Below the pieces are notes generated by a model, which had not been told where the DNA came from, did no database searches, and saw nothing but the letters and a program-made list of their open reading frames with translations. 64,000 bases of DNA from the human T2T-CHM13v2.0 reference genome, Homo sapiens. The position numbers were made by a program, and so were the translations under genes. Shown here piece after piece: positions 1-13,895 of the stretch. Where the stretch lies: the NCBI RefSeq assembly GCF_009914755.1, contig NC_060934.1, one strand, 5' to 3'. Within the stretch, counting starts at the first letter, position 1. Each line of letters begins with the position of its first letter.

Positions 1-342
1 TGTGACAAACTGTGTTACTTTTATAATCAGGAAAAACCAATGTATATTTTATTAAAAATTACTGTAGAAATGGAGGTTTGATCTGTTTCCCTTCTCTGTT
101 AAGACGTTTGCACTTTTTAAGGAAACTGACTTTGATTAGAACAAAGATTTTCCATGAATGGGAATCTGTGGCAATTCAGTTCCCAGCCACTCAGCGTCCA
201 CCGCCAAGAGAGGCTTTGTCACCAGTAGCTCTGCTGTGCCTCATTCCATGTGTATTTAGAACCCAAAGTCTCTCCTGCACTCAGTGTAAGGCATATTATC
301 CTGGCATAGTGTGTGTTTGCTACCTGGGAGTCTATGTGTGTT

Positions 343-370
343 CACACACACACCCCCACATACACACACA
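343..370. repeat. Imperfect (CA)n microsatellite
   Basis: cacacacacacccccacatacacacaca seen directly. Confidence 0.8.
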
Positions 371-1140
371 TATCCTCTTGTAATTGGATATGTATTTGTT
401 TCATTAAATTCACTCAGTCAGCAGTTTCTACACTAAACAGTCCCTGAGGCCAAAAGACAAAAAAAAAAATCCGTAATCAACATACTACTTTCAAGTGTGG
501 AGTACCGACCTATTTATAAAAGGAAATTAAGTAAAACCGGTAATTATAACTAGCGTACAACCTTTCAACATAGTCAATGAGAAATGCAATTTGCTTAAAA
601 TAATGAGATACTCTGGCAGGAACAATCTGTTCATATGCTGTTCCCAAGAGCCTCAGGATGGAAACGAAGCCCTGGCTGACATTTGATACTATCTGTCAGT
701 TTATCAACTCTGTCTCAGGGTGAGTTTTACGATGGTGCTAGGAGGTTTGGGATGGAAAAAGGAAAAAGAAGAATCTCTGGGTAGATTTTTTCTACCCAGT
801 TACAGGAAACCTGTTAGAAAATGGATTCCGATTTCTATTTTAAACGCTTGAACAAGTAAAATAATCAACCTCAGACCTTCCTTTCTGTGGGTTTCATTTA
901 GCACCTTCCATTCCTTCATACTGTCAGCCAACCCAAAATGTTAAAGTCTCTGACACACTGCTTTGCTGGCTACTCACGACTTCCTTTGACTAAAAGTCAT
1001 CTGCATTTGTCTTTCAGAGTTCATATCTTATAAGATAAGACAAATACACAAAAGGTGAATTAAAGAGTGTCAAAACCAACTAATATCTACTGATTTGGGG
1101 AGCCTTTCCCTTAGCTAGTTACAGACAACCTCCTCCTGAT

Positions 1141-1610
1141 TTCATTCATTCATTTCCTCAGTCACTCAGCACATTTTATTGGCTACTGCTAAGTGCCAGC
1201 CACTCTGCTAGAGGTTGGGGGTAAAAGGGAAGAAAGCATGGGGGCGTTGCGGTGTCCTCAAAACCCCCAGATCCTAGCAGGGGAGTAGACCCATGAACAA
1301 GACATTTGGAAGCGTGGTGATAGGGATTTTGAAAATGTTTAGAAAGGATACCTACCTAACCCCACGTGAAGGGCCATAGGGAAAGTTTAGAAGAGAAGTG
1401 TCAAAGAAGAAATATAAGACAAAATATAAACCAAGTAGCAAAGGATGAGTTCAAGTTAACCAGGCTGAGAGAAAGGGCATTCCCAGTGGAGGGCTCAACA
1501 TGAGCAAAAGCAAGCAAGCCAGATCCACAGCCAACAAGCAGAGTGCTATTGTTAGGAACTGAAGTGGTGAGCAAGGAGTGGAGAGACATGATGGTAGGAG
1601 GGTCAGCAGA
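1141..1610 (-). mobile_element. L2 LINE relic, 3' end; continues after the MLT and MIR insertions to about 2800
   Basis: (TTCA)n tail then 'cacattttattggctactgctaagtgccagccactctgctagagg', typical antisense L2 3' end; boundaries approximate. Confidence 0.65.
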
Positions 1611-1611
1611 T

Positions 1612-2061
1612 ACATCAGTTGGATTTTGCTGTATAACAAATCACCCCAAAACTTAGTGGCTTAAAATAACCATTTTATTTACTTATGATCCTATGAGTGA
1701 TTTGGGGTATCTTTTTGGTCTGGGCCAGCTTGGCCAGAGATGGAAGATCTAGAACGGCTTTGCTCATGCATCCAAGGTCTCCAGTAGAATGACTTGAGTG
1801 ACTTCACATGGTCTCTCATCCTCCAGAAAGTTCACCTTGGATTCTTCATATGAAGATGAAAAGTTCTCAGAGATCCATGAGTATGCAAACCCCAATGCCC
1901 AAGCATCTCTCAAGTCTTTTCTTGCTTTGTACTTCCAAATGTCCCATTAGCCATAGCAAGTCACCGGCCAAGTCCACACTTAATATGAGAGAAGACCTCA
2001 AGGGTGTGGGCACAGGGAGGTGTGATAATATCACAGGCCAGTATTCTAGTAATCTACCACA
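1612..2061 (-). mobile_element. MLT1-type (ERVL-MaLR) solo LTR
   Basis: 'ttgctgtataacaaatcaccccaaaacttagtggcttaaaataac' through 'aatctaccaca' matches antisense MLT1F/G/H consensus. Confidence 0.75.
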
Positions 2062-2199
2062 AAAGGGAAGACCATTGAGGGTCCTGAGTGATACGCTAAG
2101 GAAATAGGACACTATTTTAGGCTTTAAACCAGGAAGATTTGTATTTTAAATGGACCATCTAGGCAACCCTGATTTCAAATAAATCATTGATTCTGTAAT

Positions 2200-2410
2200 G
2201 AAAGCTCTGGAGATGGACAGAGCTGGATTTGAATCTTGGCTCCACCACATTCCACACATGAGACTTTGAGCAAGTTCTTTGACCTCTGCAAGCCTCAGTT
2301 TTCCCATCTGTGAAGTGGATACAATAACACCAAATGCATACTCCATAGGGTTATAGTGAGCATTACATATGGGGAGGCACATAAAACACACATAGTATAA
2401 AGCTTGTGAT
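2200..2410 (+). mobile_element. MIR SINE
   Basis: 'ggatttgaatcttggctcc...ttgagcaagtt...gcctcagttttcccatctgtgaagtgg' MIR core. Confidence 0.8.
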
Positions 2411-3140
2411 GAGCACCCATGATGCATTAGCCATCATGACTTCATCGTGATCATTATTATGGATTTGCAGATGATGGGCTGGGAGCAGTTACGATCCAGA
2501 TACAGGAGTACAAGTGAGAGATGATAAAGACCTGAAATGGGCAATAACCGTGGAGGCGGAGAAGAGGTGATAGGTTTGAGAAATAATTTGAGTTTAGCAT
2601 TGGCAAAACAGGAAAACTGATTGTACGTGGAACTAAGAACAAAAGAGACACAAGAGAAATCGCCAGATTTTCTAGCTTAGGTGACTGGTGGACTATTTGC
2701 TTTCAACTGGTACAGTTAATGCAGGAGGAAACGCTCATTTAGAAAGAAAAAGTGATTATTTCTATGAGAGGTAAGTTTGAGATGCCTATAGGAATACAGG
2801 CTTATGGGCACCCATTGGACAGACACTGTGCATTTAGTTCGAGCTAACCTGTGCCCAGGCATGAGACTGCATAGTGCGAAACTCTGGCCATCCCATAAGA
2901 GGCCTCCATTAGAAGGGGCTAAGCTCAGAGAAGAGCCCAGAAGCAGAGAAAACTAAAATCAGCCAACCAGAGGAAAGAAGAACAGAATTTTGCTTCCTTT
3001 AGGAAGCAGCAGCAATTCAAGACTGATCCACACAAGGATATGTCAGAGTCCCAATCATTACAAGAATCAAAGGTCATCAGGTAGGAAGAAAACAGAACCA
3101 AGAATTTGCTCAAGAGCCATAGAACCATGACTAGGGGAGT

Positions 3141-3424
3141 GTTGGGTACTAAGTCAGTGCTTTTAGGAATTCTCTCAACCCTTAATTCTCAGGACTCTGG
3201 GGTCACTAGAAGAATTCATCTCTCCCCTTAGAAGAGGTCAGAAAATCTTCCAGGCAGAAGAGATTCCAAAGGGTGGGCTGGTTGGGTACTAAGTCAGTTC
3301 TTTCAGGAGTTCTCTCAACCCTTACTTCTCAGGACTCTGGGGTCACTAGAAGAATTCATCTCTCTCCTTAGAAGAGGTCAGAAAGTCTTCCAGGCAGAAG
3401 AAATTCCAGAGGGTGGGCTGGTTG
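3141..3424. repeat. 140-bp tandem duplication (2 copies, about 94% identical)
   Basis: 3141-3280 versus 3281-3420, 8 substitutions by eye; GTTG at all three junctions. Confidence 0.95.
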
Positions 3425-3879
3425 CTCATGCTAGGACATTTGAGGGACTGCCCCCAGGCAACATAAACGTAGCTGCAACCTCTGACTTTGACGTTAGCCC
3501 AGATAGAATAGTTTGTAGACACACTAGTGTACAGGGCAAAGGATCTTGAAATAATGACCAACTAGGTCATTAATTCTTAAACTGATACCACAGACCATCT
3601 TGCCATGAAAATGTATGTTACATAAAATTATTTGTACAATTTCAGGACATGCACAAGCCTCTTAAAGGTGATCCATGGAAAATCTAAAGGCCTGAAGACT
3701 CAAAGCTAAGAACTTGACATACAAAGGGAGTAGGAAGGAGTACCACAGTCACGGGTAATAGAATCCTCACCCTGTAAGGCTGTGCTGGGACCAGGTCAGG
3801 GCAAGGATATACAAAGTACACACAATGTAACCATGATGGTAGCCAGAATGACTCAGATTTGATAAGGACATACTGAAAG

Positions 3880-4566
<687 letters not shown>

Positions 4567-7166
4567 AAAGTAGTTCAGAAAAATGATCATTACTGCTCCA
4601 TTTTTGTGTAGTGGGTACTGAGATGAAGAGGGTTGAACTTGGTGAGAAAGCAAGACTTTTGGAATTTGAAAAAGGATTCTAACTTCTACCTGTAAAAAAA
4701 AAAAAAATAGCATAGCAATACCACATTCAAGTCTTCATTATAATGTTCGCTTTGAAAAAGGATTTAAGAAAGTTAGTTTTTGCTTCCCTGGGTTTAGAAC
4801 ATGGTTGCAGAGCCATCCACCCACTCTCCACTTTGTCTCAGAATTGCACATGTGGCTTGGTGCCCTTTCAGAGAACACTGCTTGCGTGGGGCTTGGATCT
4901 GCTTTGCCATGGTGGGTGGGTAGCAATCTGTGCAGGAGGAGACCCAGTTGCTACTGCAAAAACCATAGGTGGCCTAGGAGTAGCAGACAATTCTGCATTA
5001 CAGAGCATACAGGATCATAGAGGATGGAGTTTGTGGTCTTCTGGAAACACTGAACAACCTCCTGCTTTAAACAACTGGAAGTCTTCTGGGGTGAGCGCCT
5101 GCAGGGCACCTCTGGGCCCAGGCATTTGTCCTCTTGTCCTTCACCCATTTCTCAGAAAGAAGGAAAGCCGTGACCTCAGCTGTCCTTTCTTCCTCTTCTT
5201 GAGTATTTTCCACCTTTTTCTCTTTTCAAGTTGAAACACAGCTCTGAAATCTGTGGGAGTGGCATGGAATTTGGGGATGTGGGTTTTCACCCTTGCTGTG
5301 AATGGAGATAGATTCTTCCTGTACTAACTCCCACTTCTCCTCAGACTCTTCTTCCTGACATTTCTTCCTCCTCCACCCAGAAAGCTATGGTGGTTCCTCA
5401 AGGGTCACTCAAGAGACCAACTTCTCTCATCTGCCAACTACTACCAAAGCACCAGAGTGACACATGAGCCTTCCTTGTGACAGTCACCTGTGTGCTTACC
5501 CCCAGGACACCCTCTATTCAGATGGAAGTCTTGAAAATAAAACTCCATCCTCCCAACCTCAAGCCAAATATGAATTTTCTAAGTGTGTTCATCAGGGATA
5601 GAAAGAGATTTGTCTCCAGATACTTAAATTTTGGAAGGAGACAGATGACTCAACCAAAGAGGCCCAATGAGTTAGAGAATTCACTCGTGTAAATTAAGCA
5701 TCTTGGAATCAGCCACATTAAACTGATTGATAGTACATTAGAAATGACATTATGAACAATGGCAATACTGTAAGCCTTGAGAATATAGATTATTTGTTTG
5801 CTTGTTTTTATGTCTCATATACCACAACTTTTCAGACAGTAAATTCAAGCAGCACATTTCAGTGTGCTGTGGACAGAGTCCTCAAAGTTTTGTGTTTCTT
5901 GAATAACAATGACAAGCCACACTTCCAAGTCATTTCTAGGCAAGCACAAATGTGGCATGAAAAAAAAATCAACTCTAATGACTAAGAGAACATTTTGAAT
6001 AAATGACCTTTTGATATCACATAGTAATTATAATTAACTTTAAAGGACCGGCATCTGATACATAGTCCTGTAAAAAATCCTTATAGTTGATTCCAAGTTA
6101 ATGGTAAGATTGGACACATGAACACAGTAAAGTACAGCAACTTTAACAAAATCACGTTTCAAGTGCCCTGATCCCTTGGCCTCTCCTGCCACTGCTCAAG
6201 GTTTTGCAATCTTTCTCAAGTGCTTTTTCTAATGACCCTAACACTTGACTATAGATAAAGCAACACATTTGTCCAGTTAAATATTTTCTCTTAAATATTC
6301 CCCAGTGCATCCCAAAACAAAATGGTATCTAGGATTAATTAATATTAATATTAATACATAAATATTACTTTTCAATAAGATGTAGGCATGAGCCCTTTAA
6401 TGAATCGAGTCTAAGGACACTACCTCTTTGTGCAAAAGGCATATCATTTGTCAATTCAGTGTTTTCTAGTTAAAAAGGAACCCTTTGGTATCTGGGTTAA
6501 AAAGCATTTGAAATAATACTTTCTCCTATATTTATATGAAATGGTGTCCAGAGAGAGTTGGCGTCCTTCCTAAGGACATAGAGCGCTTAGAAAATATTTC
6601 ATTTCAAATCTTATGTTTCATCAAAATATTTCAGATGAGATGCTGTGATGGCCAAAGATTGTGTTCTAGAAACTCAGGTAGACATGAATAAAGTATGAAC
6701 ATATTTATTACATGGGGACTCAGTTCCTCCTCAGAAAAGGCCCTTGATAGACGTCTGTCAGTCATCCTTCTTCTAGAGGGGCTTTGTTATTTTTCTTTTA
6801 CCACAGTTCTTCAGGGAATTGGCAGTGAGTTCTGTACAAGGGCCATGATTTATGCTGGGCAGCCATATTAATCAGCATGGAAACAGAAGCCTGGCCACTG
6901 CAGAAGTCTCACATCCTGCAACGGAGCGTGGCAAAGTGACCTGGGTTTCTGAACTCATAGTGCATTGGTTAAGAGCCACCTGGCTGCGGTTACAGAGACA
7001 CAATACATATGCATGTCGTTATGAAGCTACACATATCTGTGCAGGTTATTGTGTGCCTATTCAGAGAACACTATTTAGATTTGATAACTGAAACTAAAGA
7101 ATTCAGACCTACTGAACAATTATGGGATTTCACCAACATTTGAAAAAAATCAAGGGCTGATTTTCT

Positions 7167-7514
<348 letters not shown>

Positions 7515-7684
7515 TAATTTTTTAATAATTCAGCATTTTGTTTCTCTTTCTTCCCTCATGCCCAATTTGGGGACTGATTTTTAAGCTTCCAGGTATATTG
7601 GTGAGTATTATTAATTAGTATAAATTGAAAGAATACTATAGAGAAGTCATTGAGAGCAATGACTTTCAATGAGACTTCAACTGA

Positions 7685-7880
7685 AATTTTGGCTCCACTT
7701 CTTATAAACTGTGACCAGAGCCTGTCACTTAATTTCCTTGACATTCAAGTTCCTTGCTTGTAAAATGAAGATTAAAAGAACTATATTCCTCCAGATTTAC
7801 TGAGAAGACTAAATGAGGGGATGCATTAAAAGGAACCAGCAAAATGCTTGGCTCAGAATAGGTACTTGGTAAATATTAAA
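7685..7880 (+). mobile_element. MIR SINE
   Basis: 'tgtgacc...cacttaattt...cagttccttg' type core and 'cttggctcagaataggtacttggtaaatatta' 3' end. Confidence 0.65.
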
Positions 7881-8031
7881 AATTTTCATATTTACTAGCA
7901 GTAGGCAAACTCATATTAAAAAGAATTTATTCTCTTCCTGAATTCCAGTTGATAGCATAAAATGTGCCCATCAAGACTGTAAAAGTACGGGGAGTTGACA
8001 GTCAGAGAAACATTAGCTTTGAAGCTGATGA

Positions 8032-8480
<449 letters not shown>

Positions 8481-8639
8481 TCTGCCCCATTTCTTTATAT
8501 GTCTTAATGCTGACCTTCTGCACAAATGCACCACTATACCATTACCAGTTATTACCAGCTAATAGGGTGGGAGCTAATGAACACTTACAACTCTGTCCTC
8601 AGGAAAGTGCAGAGAAATTCATGCATCCCAGGAGGGGAT

Positions 8640-8740
8640 GCTCAGAAAGAGGAAGCTGGTTTATGATTGGACTGCGTGGGCGTTTGCAAAGCAAGGTTTC
8701 ATTGAAAAGAGATGTTTTCTTGTGGGGCATTTGAGTCAAT
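8640..8740. promoter_or_regulatory. Candidate enhancer/promoter motif cluster (ETS/PU.1, CCAAT, EGR1, AP-1)
   Basis: AAAGAGGAAG 8646-8655, ATTGG 8666-8670, GCGTGGGCGT 8674-8683, TGAGTCA 8732-8738; motif evidence only. Confidence 0.4.
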
Positions 8741-9224
8741 TACCAAAGTCTATTTTTAAAACTTCTCCATATGAGCCTGATCTATCTCTGAAGTTGTTTT
8801 GAAGACCACAGGACTGCTTGTAACATGTGCCATTGCCATTCTGCTTTTTATTCTTTTGATTGGAAGGACTAAAATGATTTTCACTTATAATGTCTTTTAA
8901 AGGATACAATTTGGATCAAAACAGAGACATGGAAGTTACCTGCATGGTGGTGATATTTGTAGCCATGGAAACAGAAGCCCAAAGTGGCAGAGGAAGCATA
9001 AAATCTGGGTGTAGAACTTTGGGAAAAGCTTTTATTCAGATGATGGATATGGGAAGAGGAGACAAACATAATAATCCAAAATATAGAGAAACTGATACAT
9101 GTATTTAACATGTAAAGCAGGGAGTGGGGAGGACAAAAGTTGAGCGGAAGTTTTTCAGTTTGTTAAAGACACGGATCCTCCTTTTCCAAAGAATTTTATG
9201 TCAAGCTCAATACATAAATTAATG

Positions 9225-9435
9225 AGCAAACGAGTAGAACATACTATATGGCACCACTGTGAGCAATCTATTTATAGTTGCTCATTTAAATCTTATTCAA
9301 CCCTGTGAAATAGGCACTATTTACTCCTCCCATTTTACAGATGAGCAAACTGAAGCACAGAGAGGTGCAGTCATCTGCCCATGCCACATAGCCAGCAGGG
9401 GTGGAACCATCATTTGCATCCAGAAAGTCCGACTC
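9225..9435 (-). mobile_element. MIR SINE
   Basis: 'cccattttacagatgagcaaactgaagcacagagagg' antisense MIR core. Confidence 0.85.
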
Positions 9436-10176
9436 CAGGGTTAGCAAGGTCTGGGAAGACATCGTACAGCAGGAAGAACAGGCCTTCCACAGGCGAGAGC
9501 AACAGCCAGACCGGAAGAAAGCAGAACCATAGCTTTTCCATAGTTAAAGAGATCTGTCGGCTCCAGAAAGCTTGACCAATACCCTACCTCTTAGAACTCC
9601 CCTTCTTCATTCTCCAGGACTGAATGGGGTTTTAATTTCCCTGCAATAATCCTGAGAATAATTATCTCAGCCCCTCCATACTGCTTCAACCCTGATATCA
9701 AAAGCCCTAAGGGGGAATGGAGGGAAATACAAAGTCACTTAAAGTCATTGTTGCAGTGGCAGGGAGAACAGGGATGGGGACAGCAGCAAGAAGAGGTTAG
9801 AAGAAGATTTTAATGGTGTTGTAAACATTGTCGTGGATCTCTAGTGAGGGTTTCAGGATTTAATCTGGAGATCTAAAGAACTTTTGATAACTTAAACCTA
9901 GAACAGCACAAAACATGGTTAAGTGGAAAAGAGATGCCATCCCTATGACTTTGGGCCAGGAAAGCTCCTTCTGAAATGGGGCACATTTAAACTACAGTTG
10001 GTTTTTCTTCAAAACATCCTGTCTCTAACCTTTTAAATGGCTAATTGACTGCATTATAAATTTAAGGAATGGCCCATCTGTGTTCTATTCTGTCTTAAAA
10101 CAAACAAAAAACAAACTTAGCTCCTATATTTGCATTCTCTCAATTGCAGTTTAGCATGAGCATTTGGGTTCATTCT

Positions 10177-10665
10177 TTTTTTTTTTTTTTAATTTTAAGT
10201 TCCAGGGTACATGTGCAGGATGTGCAGGTTTGTTACACAGTTCAACGTGTGCCATGGTAATTTGCTGCACCTATCAACAAATCACCCAGGTATTAAGCCC
10301 AGCATCCATTAGCTATTTTTCCTAATGTTCTCCCTCCCCAAACCCCACTCCTCAGCGGGCCCCAGTGTGTGTTATTCCCCTCCCTGTGTCCATGTGTTCT
10401 CATTGTTCAACTCCCACTTATAAGTGAGAACATGCTGTGTTTGGTTTTTTGTTCCAGTGTTAGTTTGCTGAGGATAATGGCTTCTAGTTCCATCCATGTC
10501 CCTGCAAAGGACATGATCTCATTCCTTTTTACGGCTGCATAGTATTCCATGGTGTATATGTACAACATTTTCTTTATCCAGTCTATCACTGATGGGCATT
10601 TGGGTTGATTCCATGTCTTTGCTATTGTGAATAGTGCTGCAGTGAACGTGCTTGTATCATTTTAA
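10177..10665 (-). mobile_element. 5'-truncated L1PA (about PA7-PA10) 3' end
   Basis: poly-T then antisense L1 3'UTR; ORF 10407-10589 gives the ORF2 C-terminus (IDWIKKM..YTMEYYAA). Confidence 0.95.
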
Positions 10666-11182
10666 TAGCGTTTCAGTTCTTTCTTCCTATGAGTGGCAGC
10701 TGTACCCACTGAGATAGGCTGTGTACCTGGGCCTTCTTTTAATTGCTCAGACCCTTGCTGACCTTTTGCAATTTTGCAAAATCTTTGAACCCTGGTTACA
10801 AGTCTGGGGTCCTGACATACCGGGGTTCACTCTTACTCATGTGTAGTCCCCCAAACCATCAAACTTTGTGCAAACGGTAGGAACTAGATCACTTTTAAAT
10901 AGAATAGAACTGAATTGCCTGGAGTAGTAGCATGTTCTAGATAAGCTAATGACAGCAGATTTTGTGATGTGACAATCCTTTATATTTACGCAAAGTCATT
11001 TTCATTTCACGGATACTCACTGAGTGTCAACTGTGTACCAAACTCAGACGTGGTGATCAGATGTTTTTTAATTAATAAATTTATTAAACTTTTGGCAGTA
11101 AGTCTCCCACTCCAAAGCTAGAGGGAGATATTTTTATATTATTATCTATTTTTTATCTACTTTTTAATTGATCAAGACTTGA

Positions 11183-11239
11183 TGAGCATACATGCATTTC
11201 TAAAAAGTGAGCAGGTTTTTAGAAATGCATGTATGCTCA
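11183..11239. repeat. Perfect 24-bp inverted repeat with 9-nt loop
   Basis: tgagcatacatgcatttctaaaaa (11183-11206) / tttttagaaatgcatgtatgctca (11216-11239). Confidence 0.97.
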
Positions 11240-12229
11240 CCATGTGCCACAGAACTTGAGAGCAACAGGAGCCGGTCTTCTGTTTTCAACAACTTGTCAT
11301 GAATGAGCCACAAAATCGGTAAATCATGGGTGTATAATTCACATATACCTTTGTCTGTCTTTTCCTAACTGGCATTCGTTGAGGGATTTGGAGTTGTCTC
11401 TAAAACATGCGACTGTGCGTAGCAAGGCCCAGGGAAAGCACAAAGAGGGAAAGTACATTATGTTTAGAAACATTTTGGATTTCATTTGTAACTTTACCAA
11501 GTAGACATAAAGCTGTTCTTAGACCAGTATTTTCAGCAAATCACACTCAACCATAAATCTTCAATTTCATTTTCTATTATTTCTAACGAAAAGAAGAGTC
11601 AGATAAATGTGTGCATATTGAAACACCTGGTAGAGCTTTAATAGTGTACTGCTCTGTCGGATAGAGAATTGGAAATTCAGTCACGTAGGGAGACTTAAAT
11701 CTGTTTTAAAGCAATGTTAAGTGCACCGAGAAGGCCCAAAATAGCTCCATGCAGCTTCAAAATGAGAAAAATAGCCAAAAGGACAATGAACTGGAGGTAG
11801 AATTATTTTCCATATATTTCGCATTTCTAGGCAATGCATTCCCCATTCAAGCCACAAAATGAATGAACAGCTGAGGAAGCAGCCTGAGATGAAGGCTCAA
11901 ATTGCTTTTACCTTGAGGCCACTGTCTTCTGCCTCTTGGGAAGCATTGCAATCTAAACTCTTCTTATTTTAGGAGAGTGGAGAGAAAAGGGGGCTAATTA
12001 TCACAAAAGTAGACTTTATCACTAATCTCATCACCAGAACTGCACCACTAACTTAAACAAGAATTTGGAATATTTTACGTTAAAAAATTCATTCTCTCTC
12101 TTAATAAAATAAGGATAAGTGCCTTTTCTCTAATAGTCAGCTATTGAACCTGTAGGTCTCTAGTGTTATTACAGAAAGTAGTGAGATCTCTAAACAGAGA
12201 CAGAGCAGGGAAGCAAAGTCTAGGATATT

Positions 12230-12230
<1 letters not shown>

Positions 12231-12262
<32 letters not shown>
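12231..12262. repeat. (CA)n microsatellite
   Basis: seen directly. Confidence 0.95.
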
Positions 12263-12362
12263 TGTCCTTGAAAAGTAAACTTTAACTTATAAAATTAATA
12301 CTATTCATAATATAAATGATAAAGGTTGGAATGCTTCAGATATATAACTAAAATGTTGGTTA

Positions 12363-12676
<314 letters not shown>

Positions 12677-13347
12677 GATTTACAAACAATAACTCATTCT
12701 TAGAACACAAATTAGCTTAAGATACGATAGATTTCGCATTGTTGCTGTGGTTCACTGGGAATTAATGAATCAAAGGTTCTAGTCAAAAAGAAGTTTGATA
12801 TCCACAAAGGATTGACCAAAAGGATAAAACAAGTTGAAATCATCAGGTTCTATGGTTTTATCTCCTGGAGAAAGAGTAAAATGAATCTCTAAGTTTCCTC
12901 ATGGTAGTAGTCGAAGTAATAATTCTCAGAATCATTGTATAGGCTATGGTGAGTAAGCCAAGAGACCAACATGAGTTTGTTGAAATAAACATGTTGCTCA
13001 ACATGAGTACTTAGGAAAATAAAATGTATTGAATTTACTTAGCTGTTTTTCCTACAAGAAGCTATTCCCATAGATTTTGCTAGAATTACCTACCTGTTCT
13101 AGCCAGCATCTAATCAGTGAGCAGCCCAGAGTCTCAATCAGATAATGGAAAAAGCAGTCAAATAAGCATGTCTTACTTCTTCATTATTAATACAAACATT
13201 TTGTCCAAGTTAATTATTTATGTGAATAACTTAATCCTTATATGAAAATTGAAATACTTTTGATGTCTGTTCTTTGAATATGTATATTCCATCTCACCAT
13301 TTTATTTCTATCTTCTTAAAAATAGTTACAAATAAAAATGCATAACT

Positions 13348-13895
13348 CTGACCCAACAATCCCATTACTGGGTACATACCCAAAGGAACGTGAATCATTC
13401 TATTATAAAGATAGATGCACATTTATGTTCATCGCAGCACTATTCACAATAGCAAAGACATGGAATCAACCCAAATGCCCATCAACGATAGACTGGATAA
13501 AGAAAATGTGGTACATATACACCATGGAATACTATGCAGCCATTAAAAAGAATGAGATCATGTCCTTTGCAAGGACATGGATGAAGCTGGAAGGCGTTAT
13601 CCTCAGCAAACTGATGCAGGAAAAGAAAACCAAACACCACATATTCTCACATATAAGTGGGAGCTGAACAATGAGAACACATGGACACAGGGAGGGGAAC
13701 AACACACACTGAGGCTTGTCGGGGGGTGGGGTTCGGGGAGGGAGAGCATTAGGGAAAGGACCTAATGGATGCTGGGCTTAATACCTAGGTGATGGGTTGA
13801 TATGTGCAGCAAAGCACCTTGGTACACGTTTACATATGTAACAAACCTGTACATCCTGCACGAGTACCCTGAAACTTAAAAATGTGAAGTAATAA
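13348..13895 (+). mobile_element. 5'-truncated L1PA (about PA8-PA10) 3' end
   Basis: ORF 13338-13667 is the ORF2 C-terminus (DPTIPLLGTYPK...MEYYAAIKKNE); G-rich 3'UTR tract; TSD-like cataactc. Confidence 0.95.

Noticed and set aside
4743-5234. 163-aa ORF next to an A-run (possible retrocopy)
   Set aside because: No recognisable homology, no TSD pair, and the A-run is on the wrong side for a + strand retrocopy.
13720-13755. G-quadruplex-like tract
   Set aside because: Standard G-rich tract of the L1 3'UTR, already explained.
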